Positions 48,040 to 58,020 are shown, counted from the stretch's first letter. The stretch is 61,713 bases of DNA from Clostridia bacterium (GCA_017531925.1 JAFXKD010000008.1:1-61713); one strand, 5' to 3'. Notes: generated by a model not told the origin, from the sequence alone. A program made the numbers and translations.

Positions 48040-49448
48040 TATTCCCCTCCCGAGCCTAAGTAGGCCTCTTGTACCTCTTTGCTTGCCTGAACCTCAGCAG
48101 GTGTACCGCACGCAAGCTTTTTACCGAAGGATATTGCGCAAATGTGATCGCAAATGCTCATAACCAAGCTCATATCGTGCTCAACAAGTAATATCGTGCA
48201 TCCCATATCGGTACGTATTTTATGGATAAGAGCGGCAAGATCGGCAGTTTCGGATTCATTAAGTCCCGCTGCGGGCTCGTCAAGGATGATGAGCTTGGGA
48301 TTACACATAAGCGCTCTTGCAATTTCTATTCGCTTAAGAACACCGTAAGGCAAGCCCCACGCAAGACGGTCGCGGTATGAATAAAGGTCCATATATTTAA
48401 GTATCTTATCCGCTTTTGCTCTCATTATCTGCTCCTCCCTTTTAAGGGCGGGAAGATGGAACATCTGCGTGAAAAGATTACTGTTATAATATCTTGTTGC
48501 CGCGATAAGAAGGTTCTCAAGAACCGTAACCTCTTTAACAACCTCGATATTCTGGAAGGTTCTTGAAATACCCTTGAGTACGATATCGTGAACCTTATAA
48601 TCAGTAAGTGTGATTACCTCGTTTTCGCTGATTGCAAAACGAATTTTTCCCGCGGTGGGCTTATAGAACTGAGTGATGCAGTTAAATACCGTGGTTTTAC
48701 CCGCACCGTTAGGGCCGATAAGACCGAATATTTCACCTTTTTTAACCTTAAATGAAAGATCATCAACCGCTTTAAGTCCGCCGAAGTACATTTTAAGTCC
48801 TTCAATATCAAGAAGAACGTCATCTTCAAGCTTGTCAGAAGATTTAAGCTGACCGTGAAGCTCGGTTATCTTTGATTGAAGCTTGGAAATCTTAGCCTCA
48901 ATAGATGCCTTTTCCTTTGCCTTTTTACCGTCAAGCTTTACTTTAAGCTCGTTTTCCTTAGCATCAAATTCAGCTTTCAGCTGCTTTGAAAGCTCATTAT
49001 AAGCCTTATCAGAGGTAGCGGAATTCTTTTGTAAAAATTCTGCCTTTTCAGCCTCTAAACGATCAATGTATTCTTTTCGCTTCGCATTGATAAGAGCTAT
49101 CTGCTCTTTATTCTTAGCAAGCGCTTCAGAAACATTACCGCCGGCAAAGATTGCCTTTGCCGCGCCGTGATTTGCTTCTCTGTGCTTCATATACGCCTTT
49201 ACGTCGTATTTCTGAAGCTTTTCCTCAATCACAGCCTGAGCATAGGCTTCTTTATCACAAGCCTCAAAAGCATATTTCTCAAGCTTTTTGTCTGCTTTTT
49301 TTATAAAAGCCGACAGAACCTTATCCATTTTTGCCTGATATTTTTCATCAAGATAATCAAGCTCTTCTTGATAAAAATCGAGCTTCTGGCGCAATGACAA
49401 GAGCTTATTCTGAACGGAGGAGAGTTTTTTATCCAAGATCTTTGCCAT
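48039..49448 (-). CDS. livG: LivG-type ABC ATPase with ~200-aa Lys/Glu-rich helical N-terminal extension
   Basis: FGGLKAVD, GLIGPNGAGKTT, RTFQN, LPYG, LDEPAAGLN, VEHDM; start MAKILD after GGAGG. Confidence 0.85.
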   Translation of the reverse strand: MAKILDKKLSSVQNKLLSLRQKLDFYQEELDYLDEKYQAKMDKVLSAFIKKADKKLEKYAFEACDKEAYAQAVIEEKLQKYDVKAYMKHREANHGAAKAIFAGGNVSEALAKNKEQIALINAKRKEYIDRLEAEKAEFLQKNSATSDKAYNELSKQLKAEFDAKENELKVKLDGKKAKEKASIEAKISKLQSKITELHGQLKSSDKLEDDVLLDIEGLKMYFGGLKAVDDLSFKVKKGEIFGLIGPNGAGKTTVFNCITQFYKPTAGKIRFAISENEVITLTDYKVHDIVLKGISRTFQNIEVVKEVTVLENLLIAATRYYNSNLFTQMFHLPALKREEQIMRAKADKILKYMDLYSYRDRLAWGLPYGVLKRIEIARALMCNPKLIILDEPAAGLNESETADLAALIHKIRTDMGCTILLVEHDMSLVMSICDHICAISFGKKLACGTPAEVQASKEVQEAYLGSGGE

Positions 49449-50541
49449 ATTTACCCTCCTTCTTCTTTCGAATGAATGCTTCAACTTTGTATTTTACTTC
49501 CATCAAAAGCTGTGCAAGACCGCCCGGATAGAACATAATTACTACTACTACCAATATTCCGCAGAACAAAGTAATAAGGGTGGGGTTTTCTCTGAAGAAC
49601 TCGATGTCCTGCAAGAACATTTTATCAATTCCGTAGATGATAAATGTACCTGCAACTGTTCCCCATATAGACTTCATTCCTCCGATAATTACCGCTCCAA
49701 GGATATTAAGCGATGTAGAAAGAGTGAAAAGTGTGCTGGAAGAGTTAGAAACATAGCGGTTGTACAGCATAAAGAGCATTCCCGCTATAGCCGCGTATAT
49801 AATTGAAATCATAAACGCAAGCAATCTGTATTTCATCAAAGAAATACCAAATGCCTGTGCCGCTGACGTGCTGTTCTTCATAGCAAGCATCGCACGGCCT
49901 GTGGGGCTATTCATAATATTATGAGTAATGATCATAAGCAAAAGCATCATTCCAACAATAATATAGAATATGCTTTCCGTTTTGAGTTTCAATGAATCTA
50001 TGCCAAACAATGTGATTTGTGAACCCTTGATCTTTATAGTATCCACAAGAGCAGCAAGCACTTCTTTAATGATCTGGGAAATACCGAGAGTTACTATAGC
50101 AAGATAGATACCCTCTATTCTCAATGAGATATATCCAACGATTGCTCCGACAATAAGCGCAATAACAATGGACATTATGAATGCCACGCCTATTGTAAGT
50201 CCCCACTCTGCAAGACAGTAATATGTGCAATATGCACCGATACCAATAAAGCCTGCAGTACCGAGGGAAGCAAGTGCGGAATATCCAAGCAAGAGACAAA
50301 AGCCAAGAGATACCACACAGAAAATCAAGGTAGATCCTATAGCATATACAAAGCTTGAGTTTACAAGTCCGGCTGATGACAAAATCTGAGTTACTGTAAG
50401 AATAAGCGCAAAAATCACATATCCCACAACGGGGTTTTTGCGAAGCTTATTCAAAAGTGCAAGAGTATTTTCTACACTTCTGCGCTCATTTTCTGCTCTG
50501 TAAAGAGGCATGTTTAAATAGTTTCTATTCAATTTATTCAT
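49429..50541 (-). CDS. livM: LivM-type ABC permease
   Basis: LLGY....SLG.AGF.GIGAY, LRI.G.YLAIVTL, S.TGRA..A. Confidence 0.85.
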   Translation of the reverse strand: MNKLNRNYLNMPLYRAENERRSVENTLALLNKLRKNPVVGYVIFALILTVTQILSSAGLVNSSFVYAIGSTLIFCVVSLGFCLLLGYSALASLGTAGFIGIGAYCTYYCLAEWGLTIGVAFIMSIVIALIVGAIVGYISLRIEGIYLAIVTLGISQIIKEVLAALVDTIKIKGSQITLFGIDSLKLKTESIFYIIVGMMLLLMIITHNIMNSPTGRAMLAMKNSTSAAQAFGISLMKYRLLAFMISIIYAAIAGMLFMLYNRYVSNSSSTLFTLSTSLNILGAVIIGGMKSIWGTVAGTFIIYGIDKMFLQDIEFFRENPTLITLFCGILVVVVIMFYPGGLAQLLMEVKYKVEAFIRKKKEGKYGKDLG

Positions 50542-50543
50542 AA

Positions 50544-51455
50544 TCACACCTTCTTAACCATTTTTTTGCCAAACAAGCCATGGGGCTTCCAAAGAACGAG
50601 CAGCATTACTATGAAATAAACGATTGCAGGCTTCCAGTTTGAAAGCACCGGAACGTGGATACAAATGCATCCTATAAGAACGTTAAGCATATAAATGATT
50701 ACCGCTCCGAAAATAGGTCCGTAGAACGTTGCAAATCCACCAAGAATTCCCGCAAGGAATGCGTTTATCTGCGTTGTCGTCATAATATAGCCGCTTGACA
50801 ATGTTACGTTACCTATATAAAGTGTTGCGGCAACTGCGCCGAAAGAACCTGCAATTCCCCAAGAAACAGCTGTAATTACCTTAGTGTTGATGCCCATCAT
50901 TCCGGCAACGATCTCGTTACTCGCGGTTGCTCTTACAGAAAGTCCCCATTTTGATTTTTGTAATAAAATGAAAACCGCAACAAGCAATACCACAGTTACT
51001 ACCAAGGATATTATAGTGTTATACTGAATAAATACGTCTCCAACGGTAATACCCTGTGTGAGATGTATAAACGGCAATACGGGTACGGACTCGAATTGCG
51101 CTACCTTGAATACAAAAGGAATAAGTCCGATAAAAATAGAGATAAGTCCCATTGTAATAATCTGTTTTCCAAGCGCATTTACATATCGTCCGTTACGGAA
51201 AATAAGCACGTCTATCGCAACACCAACAATAAATGCGACAATTACGCCCACGAAAGCAACTGCCCATAAAGGAAGTCCGTAAACCAATGTAAGCTCTACT
51301 GCTACATATGCTCCGATTGCGGAAATAACGCCCTGAGCAAAGTTTGTAGTATAGCTCGTTTTAAATATCAATGTAACCGCAAAGGTCGCAAGAATACCTG
51401 CGCACATTGACGGAATTACACCGATCAATATTTGTAAATAAGAAGCAATCGGCAT
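50544..51455 (-). CDS. livH: LivH-type ABC permease
   Basis: NFAQG, SKWG..VRA...N...A..MGIN, AGILGG. Confidence 0.85.
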   Translation of the reverse strand: MPIASYLQILIGVIPSMCAGILATFAVTLIFKTSYTTNFAQGVISAIGAYVAVELTLVYGLPLWAVAFVGVIVAFIVGVAIDVLIFRNGRYVNALGKQIITMGLISIFIGLIPFVFKVAQFESVPVLPFIHLTQGITVGDVFIQYNTIISLVVTVVLLVAVFILLQKSKWGLSVRATASNEIVAGMMGINTKVITAVSWGIAGSFGAVAATLYIGNVTLSSGYIMTTTQINAFLAGILGGFATFYGPIFGAVIIYMLNVLIGCICIHVPVLSNWKPAIVYFIVMLLVLWKPHGLFGKKMVKKV

Positions 51456-52477
51456 TACTGTTCACCCCACTGAATGATATTTGCCGCCCAGGTATAGCCT
51501 ATGCCTGCAGCGATCATACATACAGTGTCGCCGTCTTTAACTTTTCCCTCTTTAAGAGCAAGCTCAAGAGAAAGGATCTGGTCGATCTGACCGATATGAC
51601 CGTAGTCCTCAAGGTAGATTGCCTGATCCTCGCGAAGACCGAGGTCCGAAAGCATTGCCTTGTGGCCACTTCTCTTGATGTGGAGGATAGAAAGATAATC
51701 AATATCCTCACGAGTCTTACCGGATTTACGGAGAGCCTCGTCTATGCAGTGATACCAGTTGGGCATTGAAACCGTGTTAAGAAGTCCCTTCATCTTGGGG
51801 GAGTCCATAAGACGGAGCATGCCGTATTCCTTATAATTTTCGGGAGTAACGGGCTCAAGGATACCACCCACCTTTGAGCCGCAGGTGTGAACTACGCTTC
51901 CGTCGCTCATAAGATGCGTTCCGAGGAGAAGGTTCTTATTATAATTTTTCTTAAGAAGGATCGCTCCGCCGCCCGCACCGAGATTGAACATAAACGATAC
52001 GCCGCTGTCGGTGTAGTCGATGAAATCACAGTTGCGATAGCCGCCACACACGAGGATAGTATTAAGCTCGTCGTCGGCAATAAGCATATCCTTAGCTATC
52101 TTCATAGCGGAAACGCAGGTGCAGCAACGGTTCTGAACGTCGATACCCCAAGCGTTCTTAGCGCCTATTCTGTCCTGAACGTAGCACGCGCTCGTTGTGA
52201 GAGGATATTCCTTCCACTCCTCGGTGATACAAAGGATGGCGTCGATCTCAAGAGGATCAACTCCGCAATTCTCAAGGCACTTGAGAGCTGCAAGAGCGCC
52301 CATCTCCTGCGTACCGTCGCAGAGATCCTCAGAGGGCATATATTTCTGATTGATGCCGAGCTTAGCTCTTACAGCATCCTCACTCCAAACGCCACCTGTG
52401 GCATCGGAGATCTCTTTAGCAGTCATTATTTTCTTGGGTAAGTAAGTACCTACTCCAACTATTCCAACGTTTACCAT
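51455..52477 (-). CDS. FabH/KAS III-like thiolase-fold enzyme with a Cys-His-His-type active site
   Basis: VGTYLP, DVQNRCC, LH, YGHIGQ (instead of GNTS), AAGIGYTW. Confidence 0.75.
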   Translation of the reverse strand: MVNVGIVGVGTYLPKKIMTAKEISDATGGVWSEDAVRAKLGINQKYMPSEDLCDGTQEMGALAALKCLENCGVDPLEIDAILCITEEWKEYPLTTSACYVQDRIGAKNAWGIDVQNRCCTCVSAMKIAKDMLIADDELNTILVCGGYRNCDFIDYTDSGVSFMFNLGAGGGAILLKKNYNKNLLLGTHLMSDGSVVHTCGSKVGGILEPVTPENYKEYGMLRLMDSPKMKGLLNTVSMPNWYHCIDEALRKSGKTREDIDYLSILHIKRSGHKAMLSDLGLREDQAIYLEDYGHIGQIDQILSLELALKEGKVKDGDTVCMIAAGIGYTWAANIIQWGEQ

Positions 52478-52492
52478 TTAAATACCTCCAGA

Positions 52493-53212
52493 TTAAAGTC
52501 TCATGCCGCCGTTAACGGAGAGAACGTGTCCTGTTACGTAAGAGGAATCGTCACTTGCAAGGAAGAGAGCCGCCTTTGCGATCTCCTCGGGCTGACCGAG
52601 ACGTCCAAGCATTGTAAGACCTGCAAACTTCTTAAGAAGATCCTCGGGAACGGTCTTCATCATATCCGTCATAATGTATCCGGGGGCGATTGCGTTGCAG
52701 CGTACGGGAACGCCCTTGCGAGCAAATTCCTTAGCCCAGGTCTTTGTAAGACCGATAACGCCTGCCTTGGATGCAGCATAGTTTGCCTGACCGATATTAC
52801 CGTATTCGCCGACAACGGAAGAAATATTGATGATGGAGCCGCCGCCCATCTCCTCCATAAAGGGTCCTACGTATCTTGTAAGATTGAATACACCCTTAAG
52901 GTTGATATCGATAACGAGATCCCACTGATCGTCCGTCATCTTTCTCGTCATAGAGTCACGGGTGATACCTGCGTTATTAACAAGGATATCGATCCTGCCG
53001 TATTTCTCCTTTGCATACTCGAAGAGAGCCTTGCAAGCCTCACCGTCGGTAACGTTGAGCTGATAGTATTCAACGTTCTCGTTTTCATAGGTAAGGGGCA
53101 TCATATCTACTGCGATGACCTTTGCTCCCTCTCTTGCGAATGTGAGAGCCATTTCGCCGCCAAGTCCCTTAGCGCCGCCTGTAACGATTGCAACTTTATT
53201 TTCAAGTCTCAT
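52493..53212 (-). CDS. fabG: SDR 3-oxoacyl reductase / (R)-3-hydroxyacyl-CoA dehydrogenase (FabG/PhaB-like)
   Basis: TGGAKGLG, NNAGITRD, SS..G..GN.GQANYAASK, PGYI.T.M, V.GG; Asp after beta2 suggests NAD preference. Confidence 0.85.
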   Translation of the reverse strand: MRLENKVAIVTGGAKGLGGEMALTFAREGAKVIAVDMMPLTYENENVEYYQLNVTDGEACKALFEYAKEKYGRIDILVNNAGITRDSMTRKMTDDQWDLVIDINLKGVFNLTRYVGPFMEEMGGGSIINISSVVGEYGNIGQANYAASKAGVIGLTKTWAKEFARKGVPVRCNAIAPGYIMTDMMKTVPEDLLKKFAGLTMLGRLGQPEEIAKAALFLASDDSSYVTGHVLSVNGGMRL

Positions 53213-53242
53213 AATAAATACCTTCCTTTCAAATTAATATAG

Positions 53243-54448
53243 TCAAATGCTTTTAAGAACCACAGCAGTACCCATACCGCCGCCTATGCAGAGAGATGCA
53301 ACACCGTAAGTCTTGCCGCTGCGCTTAAGCTCGTGAGCAAGGGTTACTATAATTCTGTTACCGGATGCACCTACGGGATGACCGAGCGCGATAGCACCGC
53401 CGTTGACATTGCAACGTGAAACGATGTATTCGGGGTCAACACCGTGTCCCTCCGAGAGAAGTTTCACAACACCGAGAGACTGAGCCGCGAACGCTTCGTT
53501 AAGCTCGAAAAGCTCGATCTCGTCGATCTTCATACCTGCATTCTTAAGAGCGTTTGTGACCGCGGGAACGGGACCGAGTCCCATAACGTCGGGCTCAACA
53601 CCGCCCTGACCCACAGCTACTATCTCAGCCATAGGAGTAAGTCCGTATTTTTCAACCGCAGCCTCGCTTGCGATCACACAAAAGGACGCGCCGTCATTAA
53701 TACCGGATGCATTACCCGCCGTAACCGTTCCGTCGGGCTTGAATGCGGGACGGAGAGTGCCGAGTTTTTCAAGGGAGGTCGCGCGGTTGATGTACTCATC
53801 CGCGTCAAATACTACTTCTTTTCTGCCGACCTTAACGGTAAGAGGGACTATCTCGGAAACAAATTTGCCCTCATCCTGAGCAGCTATTGCCTTCTTTTGG
53901 GAATTGATAGCAAATTCATCCTGTGCCTCTCTTGTGATACCGTATCTTTCAGCTACGTTCTCTGCCGTGATACCCATATGCATATTGCCAAAGGCATCAG
54001 TAAGAGAATCTATGAGCATATGGTCAACGAGCTTCATCTCACCCATCTTGTTACCGCTTCTTACCTTACCGGGAACGAGATAAGGAGCGCCGCTCATAAC
54101 CTCAGTACCGCCTGCAGCGATGAGGTCTGCCATACCTGCTCTTATTGCGGTGTAAGCATTCATAACTGCCTTCATACCGCTTCCGCAAACCATATTAAGA
54201 GAGTAAGCGGGGATCTCAACGGGCACGCCTGCGCCAATAGCAACCTGACGTGCGGGACCCTGCTTTACTCCTGCGGGAAGAACGTTACCTACAATGACCT
54301 CATCAAGCCACTCGGGCTTAACGTTGCCTGCTTCAAGTGTGGCTCTGAGCACGTCAGCGCCGAGCTTAGTGGGGGAAACGTCTTTAAGTGTGCCGAGCAT
54401 TGCGCCGATAGCGCTTCTCTTTGCACTTACTAAATAGATCTTGTTCAT
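53243..54448 (-). CDS. thl: Acetyl-CoA C-acetyltransferase (thiolase)
   Basis: NMVCGSGM, MG.TAENVA, GNASGINDGA, NEAFAAQ, GGAIALGHP.GASG, LCIGGGMG; start MNKIY. Confidence 0.93.
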   Translation of the reverse strand: MNKIYLVSAKRSAIGAMLGTLKDVSPTKLGADVLRATLEAGNVKPEWLDEVIVGNVLPAGVKQGPARQVAIGAGVPVEIPAYSLNMVCGSGMKAVMNAYTAIRAGMADLIAAGGTEVMSGAPYLVPGKVRSGNKMGEMKLVDHMLIDSLTDAFGNMHMGITAENVAERYGITREAQDEFAINSQKKAIAAQDEGKFVSEIVPLTVKVGRKEVVFDADEYINRATSLEKLGTLRPAFKPDGTVTAGNASGINDGASFCVIASEAAVEKYGLTPMAEIVAVGQGGVEPDVMGLGPVPAVTNALKNAGMKIDEIELFELNEAFAAQSLGVVKLLSEGHGVDPEYIVSRCNVNGGAIALGHPVGASGNRIIVTLAHELKRSGKTYGVASLCIGGGMGTAVVLKSI

Positions 54449-54524
54449 TGGTCTTCTTCCTTTCATATTTTAATTGTAAGAATTGATCAAAATGTCATTT
54501 TTATGAGGGCTACCCTCTTTTTCG

Positions 54525-54559
54525 GGATGTGGGGCGTTTTTAAATAAAGCCCCACATCC
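54525..54559. other. Intergenic stem-loop after etfA without sense U-tract
   Basis: GGATGTGGGGC-N13-GCCCCACATCC. Confidence 0.65.
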
Positions 54560-54573
54560 TTAAAAATCAATTA

Positions 54574-55542
54574 TTAAAGCATCTTGTTGAGGTTCTTAAA
54601 TACTGCCTCAGCATCTGCAACGATACCGAGATTAGCAACCTTAAAGATGGGCGCGTTCTTGTCGGTATTGACAGCAACGATGAATTCGGATTCCTCCATA
54701 CCTGCAAGGTGCTGGATAGCTCCGCTGATACCGAATGCAAGATATACCTCGGGACGAACTGTCTTACCGGTCTGACCGACCTGACGCTCGTGATCCATAA
54801 GACCTGCGTCAACGAGAGTTCTGGAAGAGGAAACTGCGCTTCCCTTGATCTTCGATGCAAGCTCGTGAGCGGAATCAAGATTCTTAACACCGCGTCCGCA
54901 TGATACAAGAATCTTAGCATCCTCGATATTAGCTTCACCCTTCTCTGCCTTAACCTCTTCAAGAACGGTTACCGCAAATTTGGAAGCATCCCATTCAACG
55001 CTTTCTGCTACAACTTCGCCAACTCTCGCAGGGTCAGCCTCAAGCTTCTTCATAACGCCGGGACGTACCGTGCTCATCTGAGGACGGTGATCGGGGCAGA
55101 TGATGGTTGCAAAGAGGTTACCGCCAAATGCGGGTCTTGTCATGAAAAGATTGCCCTCTTCATCCATTTCAAGCTTTGTGCAGTCCGCAGTAAGACCTGT
55201 CTTAAGTCTTGCGGAAAGACGGGGAGCAAGATCACGTCCGATGCTCGTAGCACCGAAGAGGATCACATTGGGCTCATACTTTCTTGCGATATGAGTCATT
55301 GCCTGAGCATATGGCTCGGTTACGAATTTTTCAAGATTTTCGTGGTCAACCACGTAAACAGTGTCAGCGCCGTGAGCGATAAGCTCTGCGGCTCTTCCCT
55401 GCACGCCGTGTCCAAGGAGGACTGCATTAACCTTTTCGCCTGTTTTTTCCGCAAGCTCACGGGCAACTCCGAGAAGCTCAAGAGCTACGTTCTGAAGCAC
55501 GCCGTCACGCTGCTCGCAGAATACAAAAATATTCTTTGCCAT
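54574..55542 (-). CDS. etfA: Electron transfer flavoprotein alpha subunit
   Basis: GRDLAPR, GLTADCT, TRPAFGGN, QVGQTGKTVRP, GISGAIQH.AGM. Confidence 0.95.
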   Translation of the reverse strand: MAKNIFVFCEQRDGVLQNVALELLGVARELAEKTGEKVNAVLLGHGVQGRAAELIAHGADTVYVVDHENLEKFVTEPYAQAMTHIARKYEPNVILFGATSIGRDLAPRLSARLKTGLTADCTKLEMDEEGNLFMTRPAFGGNLFATIICPDHRPQMSTVRPGVMKKLEADPARVGEVVAESVEWDASKFAVTVLEEVKAEKGEANIEDAKILVSCGRGVKNLDSAHELASKIKGSAVSSSRTLVDAGLMDHERQVGQTGKTVRPEVYLAFGISGAIQHLAGMEESEFIVAVNTDKNAPIFKVANLGIVADAEAVFKNLNKML

Positions 55543-55557
55543 AATACAAGCACCTCC

Positions 55558-56343
55558 TTATATAAGATGACGCTCTTTGAGCGCATCCACGATAGCCTTA
55601 GCGGCGCTTTCGGGATCAAGCTCAAGCGTTTCGATAGTTTTGTTGAATTGCTTTGTAGCTGTGGATTTAACCTTTGTGGGAGAACCGCCAAGACCGATAT
55701 CAGCCTTGTCAAGATCAAGATCTGCAAAGGTAATAAAGCCTACCTCCTTCTCATCCTGAGCAACGATATCCCAAACGTTCATATATCTGGGCTTTGCAAG
55801 GGTGGAAAGGATCGTGATAAGGCACTGTCCCTCGACCTTAAGAGTCTGATATCTGTCCTCAAACTCTCTCTTTACGATAAGCGCGCCGCACTCGTTGCAA
55901 TAGTCGATAGCAGCAGCATATGTGATCTGAGGAATGCCGAGATGCTCAGCGATCTGAGGACCTACCTGAGCCGTGTCGCCGTCGATAGCCTGACGTCCGC
56001 AGAATACTACGTCCGCGCCAAGCTTTCTGATAGCTGCAGCGATGATGGTTGACGTTGCAAGTGTGTCAGAGCCGGCAAAAGCACGGTCTGTAAGGAGGAA
56101 TGCTTCGTCCGCACCCATAGCGAGAGCCTCGCGAAGCGCCTTTTCCGCCTGCATGGGACCCATCGTGATAACGGTAACTGTAGCGCCGCATTTTTCCTTG
56201 AGCTGAAGAGCCGCTTCAATTGCGGTCTTATCATCGGGATTGATGATGCTGGGAACACCGTCACGCTTAAGAGTATTCGTTACGGGATCTATTTTGATTT
56301 CGGTCGTATTGGGGACCTGCTTGATACAAACTATAATCTTCAT
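55558..56343 (-). CDS. etfB: Electron transfer flavoprotein beta subunit
   Basis: VCIKQVP, NPDD, MGP, DRAFAGSDT.AT, GRQAIDGDTAQVGP, GSPT.V. Confidence 0.95.
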   Translation of the reverse strand: MKIIVCIKQVPNTTEIKIDPVTNTLKRDGVPSIINPDDKTAIEAALQLKEKCGATVTVITMGPMQAEKALREALAMGADEAFLLTDRAFAGSDTLATSTIIAAAIRKLGADVVFCGRQAIDGDTAQVGPQIAEHLGIPQITYAAAIDYCNECGALIVKREFEDRYQTLKVEGQCLITILSTLAKPRYMNVWDIVAQDEKEVGFITFADLDLDKADIGLGGSPTKVKSTATKQFNKTIETLELDPESAAKAIVDALKERHLI

Positions 56344-56354
56344 TTATCTCAACC

Positions 56355-57491
56355 TCACTTTCTTAAAAGCGCGCCGGAGATAACCATTCTCTGTACCTCG
56401 CTCGTGCCCTCGTAGATTTCAGTGATCTTAGCGTCACGCATCATTCTCTCAACGGGATATTCACGGGTGTAACCGTAACCGCCGTGGAGCTGGACCGCCT
56501 TAGTGGTAACATCCATAGCAGTTTCAGCCGCAAAGAGCTTTGCCTGAGCCGCATTCACAGAGAGTGTGGGAAGCTTGTTCTGCTTTGCGTTAACAGCCGC
56601 ATAAACGAGTCCCTTGGCAGCCGCTACCTTGGTAGCCATATCCGCAAGCTAGAACTGTGTGTTCTGGAACTGCGAAATGCTTCTGCCGAACTGCTTTCTT
56701 GACTTAACGTAAGCGATCGCCGTATCAAGTGCGCCCTCAGCGATACCGAGAGCCTGAGCCGCGATACCGATACGTCCGCCGTCAAGAGTCTTCATAGCGA
56801 TCTTAAAGCCGTCGCCGCGCTTACCGAGGAGATTTTCCTTGGGAACCTTAACGTTCTCAAAAATAAGCTCGCAGGTAGCGGAGCCGCGGATACCCATCTT
56901 CTTTTCCTTCTTACCTACGGAGAAGCCCTCGAATGCCTTTTCAACGATGAAAGCGCTCATCTCGGGGCCCTTGGGTGTCTTACCTGTAATTGCGATGATT
57001 ATGTAAGTGGAAGCATAGCCTGCGTTAGTGATAAAGATCTTGCTTCCGTTGAGAAGGTAGTGATCCTCCATCTCAACAGCCACGGTCTGCTGATTAGCCG
57101 CATCCGTGCCTGCATTGGGCTCGGTAAGACCGAATGCACCAAGCTTTCTGCCGCTTGCAAGATCGGGGAGATACTTTCTTCTCTGCTCCTCGTTGCCGTA
57201 TTCAAGAATGGGGGCAACGCAAAGAGAGGTGTGAGCTGAAAGGATAACGCCCGTAGTAGCACAATGCTTTGAAAGCTCCTCTACTGCGGAGATATACATA
57301 TTGTAGTCGCCGCCTGCGCCCTCGTATTCCTTGGGTACGATTATACCAAGCATACCCATTTTTGCCATCTTTTCAACAGTTTCTGCGGGAAAACGCTCCT
57401 GCTCGTCAACCTCTGCAGCAAGAGGCTTAACTTCAGTTTCAGCGAAATCCTTGATCATCTGTTCAAAGAGAACCGATTTGTAATTTGCCAT
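56355..57491 (-). pseudogene. bcd: Butyryl-CoA dehydrogenase interrupted by a single in-frame TAG (56649-56651)
   Basis: Continuous frame ...RKQFGRSISQFQNTQF*LADMATKV...GGYGYTREYPVERMMRDAKITEIYEGTSEVQR; FGLTEP.AG.D and NGSK.FITN intact. Confidence 0.85.
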
Positions 57492-57573
57492 TTGATTTTC
57501 CTCCTCGACGGGTTCAAATTCAGGTGCCCGTCCATTATGTTAGAATTGTTTTAAACAGTTTTGTTGGTAAGTG

Positions 57574-57975
57574 TTAGAACTTAACAGTTGCCATACCGGA
57601 AATAACTACCTTGCCGTCCTGATTGTAGCAGGTCGTATTGAGCTTAACGATATGCTTATCCTCGCGGATCTCAGCGATCTCGCACTCAGCGGTGATAGTA
57701 TCACCAAGGAATACGGGAGCGGTAAATCTCAATTCCTGACCGAGATAGATGGTTCCGGGGCCGGGGAGCTTATTTGCAAGCACTGCGGAAATAAGACCGG
57801 ATGTGAGAATGCCATGTACTATTCTTCTTCCGAAGATGGTGGTCTTTGCATATTCCTCATCAAGATGAATGGGGTTTGTGTCAAGGCTTACCTCTGCAAA
57901 TGCTCTGAGGTCTGCATCGGTAAATGTCTTTTGAACAGAAGCCTTCTGGCCTACGTAAAGTTCGTTGAATGTCAT
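57574..57975 (-). CDS. MaoC-family (R)-specific enoyl-CoA hydratase (PhaJ-like)
   Basis: FA..S.DTNPIHLD..YA, IVHG, LPGPG.IY..Q...F..PV..GD. Confidence 0.88.
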   Translation of the reverse strand: MTFNELYVGQKASVQKTFTDADLRAFAEVSLDTNPIHLDEEYAKTTIFGRRIVHGILTSGLISAVLANKLPGPGTIYLGQELRFTAPVFLGDTITAECEIAEIREDKHIVKLNTTCYNQDGKVVISGMATVKF

Positions 57976-57997
57976 AATTTTGTCCTCCTGATTTTAA

Positions 57998-58020
57998 AAA
58001 TATGAATGTTATTCATATTT
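57998..58020. promoter_or_regulatory. Palindromic operator, probably bound by the adjacent TetR
   Basis: AAATATGAAT-GTT-ATTCATATTT just downstream of the operon -10. Confidence 0.7.

Noticed and set aside
47284-51455. Calling the Liv-type system a true branched-chain amino acid importer
   Set aside because: Fold assignment alone does not give the substrate. The operon has no aminotransferase or keto-acid oxidoreductase, and its context points to acyl esters or acids.
51887-56052. Long plus-strand ORFs (52526-53242, 53444-54433, 55087-56052, etc.)
   Set aside because: They are antisense shadows of strongly codon-biased fabG, thl and etf genes, with no RBS or recognisable motifs.
56649-56651. 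Genome-wide TAG reassignment (TAG = Gln) as the explanation for the bcd stop
   Set aside because: TAG is a real stop elsewhere: the GH43 at 16075 ends LGK-TAG exactly where its paralogue ends LGK-TAA, and the SBP at 21873 also ends in TAG just before the next gene.
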